Notes: generated by a model not told the origin, from the sequence alone. Shown: positions 1-12,706, numbered from the stretch's first letter. The stretch: 64,000 nucleotides of DNA from Mobula hypostoma (GCF_963921235.1 NC_086097.1:211484001-211548000); one strand, 5' to 3'. Translations and numbers: made by a program.

Positions 1-567
1 CTGGAGGTCGGGGGAGGGTGGTCTTGGGGGAGGAGCGGAAGAGGTCTTCCATTCTATAAGATCATGTTTTACCTCTGTCATTTTCACATTAAATAATGAT
101 CCTTCTCAAAGTAATTTTCAATGAAGAATCTATTCTTTCAATATTCGAGAGCTTATGCTAATGCAGATTTAAATATTATGTATAGTTTATTATTTTCTGT
201 ATTCCCAAATATTGAGCAAAATAATTTGGACTTCCTGCCCAGTAAGTAATCTCTTACTTCAAGTTGACCCTTGACTTCATCTAAGAAAGCATAATTGTAA
301 ACTGTAGTTTACCTGTATTTTTAAGGAATGAGGTCTTTCTCAGAACTTTCTAGAGTCCAAGAGAGTCTGTTCCTGCTCAGCATCTGAAGTACGGCTGAAA
401 TATTATGTATGGAAACGCTGGAGCTAGAATTTGTCTCCCTTGATAATGTTCCAACTGGGCATAAATAGACTTTCAACCTGGGGTATTGTAATGCACTAGA
501 TGCATGTTTCTGCATCTATTTATGCATCAGATGCATCAGTTGTGTTCAGATCAAATTATAAGGAAGG

Positions 568-702
568 CAAACACGAGGAAATCTGCAGATGCTGGAAATT
601 CAAGCAACTCACACAAAAATTGCTGGTGAACGCAGCAGGCCAGGCAGCATCTATAGGAAGACGTACAGTTGACGTTTTGGGCTGAGACCCTTCGTCAGAA
701 CT
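568..702 (-). mobile_element. Penelope-like pseudo-LTR fragment with degenerate hammerhead motif
   Basis: Near-identical to the pLTR of the PLE at 36510-36645; the hammerhead GAAA is mutated to AAAA. Confidence 0.85.
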
Positions 703-1003
703 TTGATTACCTTGTAACCAAACAGCAATCACAAGGGCCACAGGGCTACTGCTGTTGGGAAATAAACAGTGAATTTAGGTTTCACACTTGTAAGTTTGGG
801 AGAGGCAATGGAGGTTTGATATTGTGCATTTTAACTATTGGAAGTTCACCTCCCAGCGATGATATCCTCTCAACCACAAAAGTTGAATTTTTTTTCTTTT
901 ACCGTGGCCAGCAGTAATTCTTTACAGCGAAAATCATAAAATGTTTAAAAATTTCAGCAGATCAAGTAGCATCTCTGCGGTAAGAAACAAGGTTAACAGT
1001 TTA

Positions 1004-1191
1004 CAAACAAGCGAAAATCTGCAGATGCTGGAAATCCAAGCAACACGTACAAAATGCTGGAGGAACTCAGCAGGCCAGGTCGATCTATGAGTCGATCATA
1101 GAGTCGGCGTTTCGGGTTAAGACCTTTCAACAGTCCTGTTTATGCTCTCTATAGATGCTACCTGGCCTGACTTCCTCCAGTATTTTGTGTG
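1004..1191. mobile_element. Older fold-back PLE pLTR-derived insert
   Basis: Starts aaacaagcgaaaatctgcagatgctggaaa; arms acaaaatgctggaggaactcagcaggccagg and cctggcctgacttcctccagtattttgt are inverted; degenerate hammerhead in between. Confidence 0.7.
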
Positions 1192-1245
1192 AATTGAATT
1201 GAATTTATTGCTTGCATCCTTCATATACACGAGTAAAAATTTTTA

Positions 1246-2080
1246 CATTAAATTGGATTAGACATTGGCTCAATGGAAGAAGCCAAAGAGTGGTAGTAGA
1301 GAATTGCTTCTCCGAGTGGTGGCCTGTGACTAGTGGTGTGCCACAGGGATCAGTGCTGGGTCCATTGGTATCTGTCATCTATATCAATGATCTGGATGAT
1401 AATGTGGTAAATTGGATCAGTAAATTTGCTGATGATACAAAGATTGGAGGTATAGTAGACAGTGAGGAAGGTTTTCAGATCCTGCAGAGGGACTTGGGCC
1501 AGCTGGAAAAATGGGCTGAAAAATGGCAGATGGAGTTTAATACAGACAAGTGTGAGGTATTGCATGTTGGAAGGACAAACCAAGGTAGAACATAATGGTA
1601 AGGCACTGAGGAGTGCAGTGGAACAGAGGGATCTGGGAATACAGATACAATATTCCCTAAAAGTGGCGTCACAGGTAGATAGGGTCGTAAAGAGAGCTTT
1701 TGGTACATTGGCCTTTATTAATCGAAATATTGAGTATAATAGCTGGAATGTTATGATGAGGTTGTATAAGGCATTGGTGAGGCCGAATCTGGAGTATTGT
1801 GTTCAGTTTTGGTCACCAAATTACAGGAAGGATATTAATAAGGTTGAAAGGGTACAGAGAAGGTTTACAAGGTTTTTGCCGGGACTTGAGAAACTCAGTT
1901 GCAGAGGAAGGTTGAATAGGTTAGGACTTTATTCCCTGGAGCGTAGAAGAATGAGGGGAGATTTGATAGAGGTATATAAAATTATGATGGGTATTGATAG
2001 AGTGAATGCAAGCAGACTTTTTCCACTGAGGCAAGGGGAGAAAAAAACCAGAGGACATGGGTTAAGGGTGAGGGGGGAGG
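1246..2080 (+). mobile_element. CR1-type LINE ORF2 (RT) fragment
   Basis: ORFs 1212-1595 and 1462-2229 contain GVPQGSVLGP, KFADDTK and LEYCVQFWSP; frameshifted and truncated. Confidence 0.92.
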
Positions 2081-2290
2081 AGATAAGGGTAAGGGTGAGA
2101 GCAAAGAGGAGATATTATCAGCAATCTGCACAGACTGTGGTCTTCTGGTTAGGAAGTCGAGGATCCCATTGCAGGGGGAGGTACAAAGGCCCAGGATCTG
2201 CAACTTCTCAATCAGGATTGTGGGAATGAGGGTATTAAATGCTGAGCTATTGTCGATGAACAGCATCCTGACATGGGTGTTTGTGATCCC
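2081..2290 (-). mobile_element. Rex1/Babar-type LINE RT fragment
   Basis: ORF 1982-2266(-): [15 protein letters not shown]...[12 protein letters not shown], a typical Rex1/Babar RT motif. Confidence 0.75.
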
Positions 2291-2513
2291 TCACCTTGTG
2301 CCTGGTTCTGGGCCAGGCAATTGGTAGCAATTAATTGTGATGGTTCGTCAGTAACTGCACTGTGTCTTGTATCTTTCAATTCCCAGGATGGCAGGTGAAA
2401 GCGTGCAAAGACCTTGTTTACGTGCTGCAGTTCCTTGCTTTTCCTGTGACGTGCTATGTCAGCTACACTTTGTCACTTCAATGATGTAGTTATGTTGTTA
2501 GTTCAGGTTGACA

Positions 2514-3045
2514 GTGTTTGGCGGGAGCAGGAGCAGCACAATGCGCAGGTGTCCAAACTGGTGAGATGAAGGAGGGGCCAGGCCCGGAGTCACCCCATAG
2601 TGCCCGGAACCTCCAAGTGTTGCAAACTAATCCCTCTAACATGAAGTCTAACAGGAGGCGGATCAAATGGCCTGCAGCTAACATGACTTCACTGTGGAAG
2701 CAGTTTGATGAAGATGCTAATCCCAGTGGAGGTTGGTTGTAGGGGATTCGCAGCCCGTTCCTTAGTTAGGGCCTTCAGCATTTTGGGCATCGAGGGGGAG
2801 AGGAAGAGGAGAGCCATCTGCAGTACCACCGATGCGGCAGAGAGGGCCTCAAGATGGCTGTGGCTCAAAAGAGGGGAGCCATGGAGTCATAAGTAGCTAG
2901 CCATCTGGACACAAGCTGGGGTCTGATCAGCCCCAGCTGGGTCACCTGGAGGAGGGTGTATGATGTTGAAAGACCCGAAACACCCGATGATTCCAGGAAC
3001 ATCACTGAAGATGTGTCCAGAAGCATCAGTAGATGTATGTACACA
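2514..3045 (+). mobile_element. Internally deleted HERO-type (R2-group, restriction-like endonuclease) non-LTR element
   Basis: N-terminal RIKWPAAN..LWKQFDED joined directly to C-terminal PVEVGCRGF...AERASRWLWLKR, followed by a 3' UTR. Confidence 0.7.
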
Positions 3046-3749
3046 GACCTGAAGTAGTTTGTGTGCTTATTCAGTGGGGGTTGATGCTTCTTGCTGCTGC
3101 ATGTGCAAAGGAGCTTCAGGGCTTCGATGTTTCTGTTGTTCTGTGGGGTTTCTTTGTTTTTGTGGATGTCTGTGAAGAGAACTAATTTTGGGGTTGTGTC
3201 CTGAATGCACTCTGATATTAAATGTACCTAGAAACTTTGAAAACCGAATATATAAAAGTTGACTGATATAAAACTTCTGGGAAACTACCACTGTTTCAGG
3301 TTTATGTAAATTATGATAAAACTTTAACTTGGAGGGATACTGCAGTTCTATAATTTTGGGATGTTTAAGATTAAATCTTTGCAGTTTCCTAGCATTAACT
3401 GATGGCTTTTTGTAGAGAGAAATTCTGCAGATGGTAAGACATAAGTATACAGAGCTTCATTGTCACTGCTCTTCACAAGGAGTCAGACTATAGTCAATTT
3501 AAAATAATTCCAGCTTGTCATAATGCTCATTGTAACTGGCAAGTACCAGTTTTTAGTTCATTATAATGTAACTGTGAAGGCATAGAAATTAATTTGATTT
3601 TGGCGTCTGAAACTTTTTGATGCAATTATGTTGGGGAAACTTTAGTAAAAATGCTCTGCCTGGGTTTGGTCTCTGTACTGTAAAATATAATGAAACTGAA
3701 GAGCAATGCAATTTATAAAATTGTATGGCTTTTGTCTCTGAAATGATCA

Positions 3750-4487
3750 GCTAGTTGATTGGTGCCACAGCAACGATCTTGCACTCAATGTCAGTAAGAC
3801 CAAAGAACTGATTGCGGACTTAGAAAGGGTAAGGGAGGGCAACGCAAGGAGGGATCAGAAGTGGAAAGAGAGAGCACTTTTAAATTGCCAGGTGTCAACA
3901 TCTCTGAGGATCTGTCCTGGGCCCAACATCATGATGCAGTTACAAAGAAGGCACGACAGCAGCCATGTTTCATTAGGAGTTTGAGGAAATTTGGTATGTC
4001 ACCCAAAGCAGTCGCAAATTTGTACAGATATACTATGGAGAGCATTTTAACTGGTTGTATCACTGTCTGGTATGGGGGGAGGGGTGAGGGAGTGGGATCA
4101 CACTACACAGGATTGAAAGAAACCGCAGATCAGCACCATCATGGGCACTAGTCTCTGTAGCTTCTAGGAGCAATGCCTCATAAAGGCGGCATCCATCATT
4201 AAGGACCCGTATCACCAGGTCGTGTCTTCTCATTGGGGAGAAGGTCAAGGAGTGTGAAGGCGCACACTAACAAATCAGGAATAGCTTCTTCCCCTCCGCC
4301 ATCAGATTTCTGGATGGACATTAGGCCATTGAACGCTACCTCACTACCTTTTCTACACTACTTATTTAATTCAACAATTTATATATCAGCTTTTATTATT
4401 ATGTATTGCAATGTACTGCTGCATAACAACAAATTGCACAACTTGCCAGTGATATTAAACCTGGTTCCGATTCCAATTCTAATTCTG
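3750..4487 (+). mobile_element. Rex1/Babar-type LINE 3' remnant
   Basis: ORF 3861-4151 FKLPGVNISEDLSW..KKARQQ..ESILTGCITVWYG; degenerate (ATTCTG)n tail. Confidence 0.8.
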
Positions 4488-4927
4488 TTTCTCCAGACTA
4501 TGATGTCGTAATTGTTGATGCCTTTTGTTTGGCATATGGTTCTTAAAAAGGCTTTTGCTTCTTTTAAACTCAAACATGCATATGTAAGAATAATCCATGT
4601 GTGAGGCTGTCGTTTATTTAATTTCAATTAAACATTGGAATGTGTTTTTCATGCTGATGCACATCATGGTTTGGCTTTCCCTTTTGTTGTAGTTGGCTGC
4701 TACTAAAATATTACATAATTAACTAAGGTGCAATAGTCATTTAAAGATACTAAGGATGCCTGTCAGAATGTCATTTTGCATGAGTGAAATGAAGCTGCTT
4801 ATAATTTTCCTTGAATATTTTGTAAGCATGTAGTAAACACACAACAATGCTAATATGACCCAGTGTAGTTATGGTTCACCTTAATGTTATTTCGAGCATG
4901 TCTGTAACACTTCCACTAGGTGCATGT

Positions 4928-5205
4928 TTAGAAACATAGAAAACCTACAACACAATACGGGTCCTTCGGCCCACAATGCTGTGCTGAACATGTTCCTACG
5001 TTAGAAATTACCTAGGGTTACCCATAGCCCTCTATTTTTCTAAACTCCATGTACCTATCCAAGAGTCTCTTAAAAGACTCTGTTGTACCACAGTCGCCAG
5101 CAGCCCATTCCATGCACTCCCCACTCTCTGCGTAGAGAAACTTGCCCCTGACATCCCCTCTGTACCTACTTACAAGCACCTTAAAACTGTGTCCTCTCGT
5201 GTTAG
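4928..5205 (-). mobile_element. CR1-type LINE 3' end
   Basis: tagaaacatagaaa tail and 3' UTR shared with the copies at 51775 and 56778. Confidence 0.8.
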
Positions 5206-6278
5206 CTTGTAAGACAGACTGGTACGGTATATGTCATATGTCTGGATTGTTTTTAACACTTACATTTTTGAGAAAGTAGGAAGTAAAACATCTCAAGAAC
5301 TGACTACTTTCCCAGAAATAGCTAGAGTAGGTTTTCAGTACTTTCCCAGAATTCAGTGGTTATGATACTTTGGGGGTCTTATAACCAGATGTATGTCTGT
5401 TTCAGCCTTGTGCTCTGTTCATTTTCTGCCATGATTGAGCTAGATGGAGTAAAGATTGATGTAACACTGCAAGTTTGTGTTTTTTCTTTCCCCTGTGGAA
5501 TATCACAGGTAAGAAACAAGAGAGTGAAATAAATTTTGTTCATTTACCAGGGTGTAGTAACAAGGAGGTTATGTAACTGAACTGTGAATATTAAATGGTA
5601 TATACTGTGGATTCTGGTTAATTAGGGCACATTTTGTCCATTAAGTTGCTGCCCCAATTAGTTGAACTTCCCTGGAAGTAGTTTTTTAAAAAAAAGGTTT
5701 AACTGAGTAACAAATTATGTATTTAAATGAAATACAGAACAAATTGGAACACTACTAATATTGCCACATACTATAGAACTGTATTAATTCCAAATAGTTA
5801 TTGACAGAAGAACTCATACGGTATACATTGGCCGTTTTCTTTTGACTGTAAATGAACAAAACCAGTGCAGACACCTAGTGCAGCAAGCATTAGTGTCAAG
5901 AATAACTGCTCCCTCCATGGCAGAACTTGGAATAGAGCATCTATTACAGAATACTAGGATCAAGTAATATGGATGGCCCAATGCTGAGGCTGTCGGCCGG
6001 GGGAAAATACATTGCCGTTGACTTGGTTAGCTGTCAGTAAGTCTTGATCTTTTTTTATACAGAGAATATTTTGACTATAGCTTGAAGTAGCTGCTGTAGA
6101 TAGTTTAGGTCTCGTAAGCATCTACAAGGGAGGGCAACAATTGTTGCTCACTGATAAACCATGAATTCTGTCCCAGGTCTGTGTATTCAAATGCCCTTCC
6201 CCTCAGCATACCATAGGCTGTACTGACATAGTAATGAAGGTTATTATCACCTTCATTAATACTGACCTTTGCTGAAAT

Positions 6279-7802
6279 GATGATGACCCATTCACCATTG
6301 AGGAACTGAAGATATCGTCCAGGTCGCAGTTCTTCAGGACATCTGGTGGTATCCATCTGGTCCAGCGCTCCTGAAGAACTGCGACCTGGACGACATCTTG
6401 CTGAACAGATGTAATACAGCACTGATGAAAAGCGACAAACCAAAACAGTGGTCACTCTCAAACATCATCCCAGTCCCCAAGTCTGGATCGCTCAAAAAGA
6501 CCGATAACTACCGTGGTATCAGCTTGACCTGCATCTTAGCAAAGCTGTACAATCAGATGATCTTGAACAGGATTTGCACTGCCATTGACCCAAAGCTCAG
6601 ATTCAATCAGAATGGTTTTCGGCAGAAGCGCACAACAGTAATGCAAATACTTGCTCTCCATAGAATCATCGAGGAAGTCAAGAAGAACAACCTACCGGCC
6701 GTGCTTGCTTACATTGATTTTTGCAAAACTTTTGACTCCATTCATCAAGGTAAAATGCTGAAAATCCTGAAAGCTTGCGGAGTGCCAGACCATCTACTGA
6801 GAGCAATAGAGACCAGCTATACCAAAACCATGGCAAAAGTTGTATCACCAGACAGAGAAACAGCAGTGTTCGAGCTCCTAGCTTGTGTACTGCAAGGAGA
6901 CACTCTGGCACCCTACATCTTTATAATTGTCCTTGATTACACTCTACGTCAAGCTACCAAAGATCATGACAAGCTTGGTTACCATAAAACCAGGACCAAC
7001 CAAAAGGGTCAGACCAGTTACGCTCACAGATCTCGATTCTGCAGATGACATAGTCCTGCTCTCTGACCAGATGGAGGAAGCACAGCAGCTACTGACAAAA
7101 GTGGAAATTGAGTGCCATAAAGTTGGACTTCAACTAAACGCTAAAAAGACAGAGTACATGGCGTTTAACTGCGACGAAGGTACTCTCAAGACTGTAAAGA
7201 ATGATATCAATAAGAACGTCTTTGATTTCAAGTACCTCGGGTCAAGAGTGATGAATTTGGAGGACATAAAGATACGGAAGGCGCTGGTGTGGAGGGCTAT
7301 GAACGACATGAAGGAAATCTGGAAGTCGAACCTGACCAGAGGGCTTAAAAAGAGGATTTTCATAGCAGTCATAGAGTCCATTCTCACATATGGATGCAAG
7401 ACGTGGACACTCACCAATACGATGTGAAAGTCTCTAGATGGTTGCTATACACGAATGCTCTGGATGGCTCTTGATGTGAGTTGGCAACAGCACATGACAA
7501 ATGTTGAGCTCTATAACAACCTACCGATGCTCACCACTAAAGTCGAAGCGAGAAGACTGCAACTAGCGGGGCACTGTCTACACCACCCCGAGCTGCCTGC
7601 CAGCCTAGTCATCATATGGGGGCCCAAGCATGGGAGGATGAACCCTGGGCGCCCTCCCAAGACTATGGTCAACACGCTCCTGGAAGACAGTGGCGTGGCT
7701 AATGTAGATGAACTGAACACACTGATGAGGGAGAGGGAGAAGTGGAGAGTCCATCATCGTGCTCGACGCCGGCCCCCTAGGCCTGAGTCGACGTAGCAGT
7801 AG
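6279..7802 (+). mobile_element. RTE-clade LINE, 5'-truncated with inverted duplication, TSD-flanked
   Basis: RT motifs NYRGISL, VLQGDTLAP and DLDSADD in ORFs 6398-7796; short GTA-type tail; 11-bp TSD TTTGCTGAAAT at 6268-6278 and 7803-7813. Confidence 0.85.
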
Positions 7803-9744
7803 TTTGCTGAAATATGATTCCCGAGGTTTGGAAGTGGGTCATGTTTCCAAAGTCTTAGCCATTATCATCAGAAGGCCGTGTGGTACAGCAGAGGTAGATT
7901 TTTGGAGGACCTTCTGCCTTGTAGGTGCCGACTTTAAGGCCTGTAATTTCAGTTTGCGGTGAATGAGTTGACGCTGGCTTGGAGCTCATGTCTATGTGTA
8001 TGCAAACACAGATGTAGCCTGCATACAGAGGTTTGGACAGTCCAGTTTCTGGAGTGCAGATGCCCTCGACTGAACAGTTTCCCATTAGTTCTGAGGATTA
8101 GCTCCACTTCCACAGGTAATCTGTTGGAAGTGAGTTGCAACTTGGTGAAAAATATTTAAATAAGGTTTTCAAGCAAAGATGTAGCCTCTGGGGTTCAGCT
8201 GCTAGAAGATAGTTTTATATTGATGTCATATTAGTTACTTCATTTGTAGACAATGAAAATAATTCTTTTTTACATGTGTGGGTGTCTTTCATTTCAATTT
8301 TGTTTTTTTAATTCAATTTTCTTTCTCACGTAATCTGTTCTTTTGTTTTGCTTTTTTTTTTGCACATGACTTGGCATTGAATGAACAATTGTACATGACA
8401 TTTCCTGGATCAAACTTTGTAGATAAAATCTTTTATCTGATTTGGTGAAGCAAAGGAGAGTGATTCTGAATTTTTTTTTTAACCTGCAACTGCCAAGAAG
8501 TTTAGGCTTCAGCTTGCAATGAGCAAAGTAACTAACAAATTACGTGTTTGAATCAGTATAGAGTTGACACAGCACCAAAAGTAGGCATTTAGCCCATTAT
8601 AGGAGTGCGGCAGTTTGGTCGTTATCAATTGAGTCCCTCTACAACACAGAACGATGGCATTTAACCCTGCATTTTTTTAAATTTTCAGCTATACATACAG
8701 TTTATGCCAGATAACAGCAGACTGAAGTACTTTTCTGCTCCTCTTCCCTCCTTGTTCTTTTGCCAAGTACCTTTTATACTTTCTCTGTATACTGAACCTC
8801 TTGCCAGTGCAAACGGTTTCACTTCACAGTTTTGAAGAAATCAGCTAAATGTGGCCATCTATTCCTACAAGACTCCCTTCCCCCTTCCTTTGTGCTCCAT
8901 AGGAAGGCATTTCACTTCTGCTTAGCAACAATTGCTAACAGCCGAGCTGTGACAAGGGATATGACTGGAAGAATAACAAGCATGAACGAACATTCTGATG
9001 ATCAGTGGCTGAGTGTGTACTATTGCTGCTGACTGGTAGCTTCTCTTAAATTGCTTATTTAACAGGAGGCCAAGTATAGACACATAAATACGTGATTTTG
9101 AGCATGTAAGAAAAATAATTTGTCATCGGCTGAAAATTCCAGCCGGTGCAATATTGGTGTACATGATTAATCCATCGACTCAAATTCAAATTCACAAAAT
9201 CTGCTTTGTGATGTGATTTAATTATCAGTTGTTGATTGTCAGCCAAATTCCCAAAGTGGGTTTTAAGGAAGGCATTAACTTTCTAATACACATTGCTACA
9301 GGAGTTTCAGGCAGATCAATAAATTTGTCAATGGTTAGGCAGACTTTGGAAAGGGAGTTTCTCTTGGCTATTACCATTGTACTGTGTCACCCATGTATGC
9401 CTTGAATGTGCAGTAATTTGTGGGCAGATTGTTCACATTTCTCTAATTTTAATCTAACTGGCAATGAATTGTGACGGTTTTGTGACCTTAATATTTAAGA
9501 CTTCTAACCTAGTAGTTGATATCAAATCACTTCTCTCGCTCACAGAGAGAGGCATGCAGTATTTTTCATCTGTGCTTTGGCACTAGTTCTCAGCTTGGGC
9601 CATCCACTCCATGGTGTACATCATGATTTTCTGTATATTTAAACAATACTTGTACATTTGCATAGATAATACTGTGTATATATTTGTAAATTTGTGAATA
9701 ACACAAAATTAGGAGTGCTAATGATTGTGGTATTAGTTTTTTGA

Positions 9745-10525
9745 TCAGTTAGGGAAGTGGGCTGAGGAGTGGCCAATGGATTTTAACATAGATAAGTGTG
9801 AGATGATATATTTTGGAAAATCAAACCAGCATAAGACTTGGATGATGAATGGGTAGGGCACTTAGTGTAAATTGAACAGGGATTTGGGAGTACATGTGCA
9901 TAGAAAGTGGTGTCTAGGTAGGCAGGGTGGTGACAAAGTGTGAGCATGCTGGCCTTTGTCAGTCGGCATTGAATATGGGAATTGGGACATCACATTGCTG
10001 ATATACAAGTCATTGGTGAGGCTGCACTTGTACAGTTTATGTCATCCTGTTGTAGAAGAGATGTGGTTAAATTGGCAAGAATGAATAGAGGATTTATGAG
10101 GATGTTGCCAGGCCTAAAGGCCTGAGTTATAGGGAGAGGCGGGCCAGGCTAGGCCTTTATTCCTTGGAACATAGGGGAATGAGAGGCGACCTTATAGAAA
10201 TGTTTAAAATTACAGGAGGCATAGGTAAGGTGGATGGTCGCAGTCTTCTCCCCAGGCTGAGGGAGTCCAAAACAAGGGACGGAGGGTTGGATGAGAGGGG
10301 GAAGATTTAAAAGGGACCTGAGGGGCAACTTTTTCACAGAGGATAGTGAGTCTGTGGAATGAGCTGCCAGAGGAAGTGGCTGAGGCAGGGACAATAGTAT
10401 CATTTCAGATATACTTTGATAGTACAGTGAGTGCTTAGTGGGATATAGACCAAAAGCAGGCAATTAGAATTAGCTGGATCTACACTATGGTCGATAAGGA
10501 TTCGTCGAGCTGAAGGGTCTGTATC
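9745..10525 (+). mobile_element. Old degenerate CR1-type LINE 3' fragment
   Basis: Colinear similarity to the RT C-terminus and 3' UTR of the younger CR1 copies; many indels. Confidence 0.75.
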
Positions 10526-10883
10526 CAAATCTTTTGCACGAATTCTCTCATGATCTTAAATATCTTTTTATGTTGGATCACTTAATGATCTAATAACTCC
10601 TAATGAAAAGACCTGAATGTTCCCCTTCATTTTTTGTGATAGTCCTGGGAGAGAGTGTTCTTAATTCAGCAGCCATTCGACATTCTATAACACATCATAC
10701 TGCTATCATTTTGTAGAATCTGGGCCAGGCCACTTTTGTTCTTCTCTGGCAATATTGCCCTGAATATATTTTACAGAAGTCCTCTGTGTTGTGGCAGTTT
10801 TGGCAAAGGAAATTTGCCCTTCCGGAATTCATAAATGGCCATCCAAAAAAACTGCAGAATAAAATACACTCTTGCATAATTTC

Positions 10884-11377
10884 GGAATGAAGAGTATTCT
10901 GACCAGTACTAAACTAGGCATGACAACCTGCCTCAGAGTGCTGAAATGTTATGCTTATCCAGTTATGTTATATGGCTCAGAATATTGGACAATATCTAGT
11001 AACGTGAGGAAACGAATTGCAGCAGCAGAGATGTGGTTTTTGAGGAGGATGCAAAGAATATCATGGACGAAATGAATATCTGACGAGGATGTCATGAACA
11101 GAGCAAACACAAAAAGAGAAATAATGTATGAGATCATGAAAAGGCAACGTCACTTCATTGGACATGTGATTAGGAAAGAGGAGTTAGAATGTACGGTAAT
11201 TATGGGAAAGATTGAAGGGAAGAAAGCAAGAGGAAGACAAAGACAAATGATGATGGAGACAGCAGCCAGAGAACTGGAAATGAATACCAATGAATTGATC
11301 TACTTGACCCAAAACAGAAGTGTGTGGGCCATGGCAGTCAAAGCTCAAACTGGGCACAGCACCTGATGATGATGATG
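10884..11377 (+). mobile_element. RTE-clade LINE 3' fragment (second family)
   Basis: PVMLYGSEYWT..EMWFLRRM..ISW, GHVIRK and GKIEGKKARGRQR; (GAT)n tail; 8-bp TSD ATAATTTC at 10876-10883 and 11378-11385. Confidence 0.85.
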
Positions 11378-11708
11378 ATAATTTCTGTCAGAGATGGGGA
11401 GGGGGGTTGAGGGTAAATATGTAAATATTTCCAACTTGTTTCTTGATACATTCACAGATGATGTGGATTTGCATCGTGGAAGATCACTATGCTGACCAAT
11501 TTTTAGGTACATAATTCTCTCTCCCCTCCCGTCCCCTTCCCTGTACCATGGGCGATGCCTGTAACTGTGAAATGAACAATGCCTTTTCTTTTGTTAATTT
11601 CTCAGTAACTATATTCCTAATTCACTGTTTCACTACTCTTTTAAAGGTTTTGCTGTTCAGGAATTGTTTTCATTTTTTTTGCCCTGGTAGCTTAACTCTA
11701 CCATCTCA

Positions 11709-11846
11709 CAAACAAGAGAAAATCTGCAGATGCTGGAAAACTGGGCAACACACACAGGAAAGGACTGCTGAAGGGTTTTGGCCCGAAGCATCGACTGTAC
11801 TTGTTTCCATAGGCGCTGCCTTGGCATGCTGAGTTCCTCCAGCATT
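11709..11846. mobile_element. Rearranged PLE pLTR-derived insert
   Basis: Begins aaacaagagaaaatctgcagatgctggaaa, then switches to the opposite orientation with a degenerate hammerhead (ctgctgaagggttttggcccgaagcatcgact). Confidence 0.7.
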
Positions 11847-12239
11847 CTCCATTTCTAGTAAACTTTCTAAATTCCAATATCGTTTGCCATGGTTTCCACA
11901 CCTCATAATTTGGTGTCTTCAGCAAAGTTTAGATATTGTTATCCCTTTATTTGCAAATCAGTCACATGAATAGAATGCATACAAAAAATAAAATCTAAGA
12001 CACATTTATCAGTATTTTACCAATCTGGTTCAGATAAATTAACTTTGTCTCCAGTGTGTTTAATATCGCAGCCATAGTACTTTTTAAAAAAAAGTTACAA
12101 AGCAGTTTTTGCAAATGTAAGTTTTATAACATCTGCAAAATTCATCTTTTTGGGTAAAATGTGATATCCTATGAGTTTAAGCACATTAGGCAGATCATTT
12201 TGTTTTAAATGAATCTCTACTGAATGCCCTTTGTTACTG

Positions 12240-12560
12240 TGCAGAGTAACTTTGCTTCTTGATCATTTGTTTGTGGGTTCAAGTTTTACGAAGATTTTGA
12301 GGGTAGCAACCTGAGGACATGCTAAGGAAATGTTACACTATCAGATATCCTATTTTGCAGCTTGGATGTTAAAATAAGGCTTTGTTATTTTCAATGGCTA
12401 TAACAAGCCACTGTTTAAAAGCAGGGTGAGGGAGTTATCTCTAATATCCTGGCTGATATTTATCTCCCAACCTGCATCACTAAAACAGATTACCAGATCA
12501 TTATCACATTGTTGGTAATAGGAGTTTGCCTGCATGTCAATAGCTGCCACATTTTTGATA
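12240..12560 (+). mobile_element. Ancient Deu-domain SINE remnant (SacSINE1/AmnSINE1-like)
   Basis: gggagttatctc..tcctggctgatatttatc..catcactaaaacagatta..tcattatcacattg resembles the recalled Deu-domain consensus. Confidence 0.7.
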
Positions 12561-12706
12561 TAATCATATACTGTCGTAAAGTATTTTATTACAGCACACC
12601 CCCACATTATGGAGGAATTCCGTTTGTAGAAAACCACTCCTATCTTGATCTTCCCGTAAAGCAGAACTTTGACGAATTCTAGTTAATTGGGACACATTAG
12701 GACCAA

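Noticed and set aside
2960..3020. Hammerhead or SECIS element in the HERO 3' UTR (GAAAC, CTGAAGA, ATGA..AAA)
   Set aside because: The helices do not place the cores in hammerhead topology, and the ATGA-to-AAA spacing is too short for a SECIS.
5600..5885. Possible Tc1/Tigger-like MITE remnant
   Set aside because: Only one terminus-like sequence; no matching TIR or TSD found.
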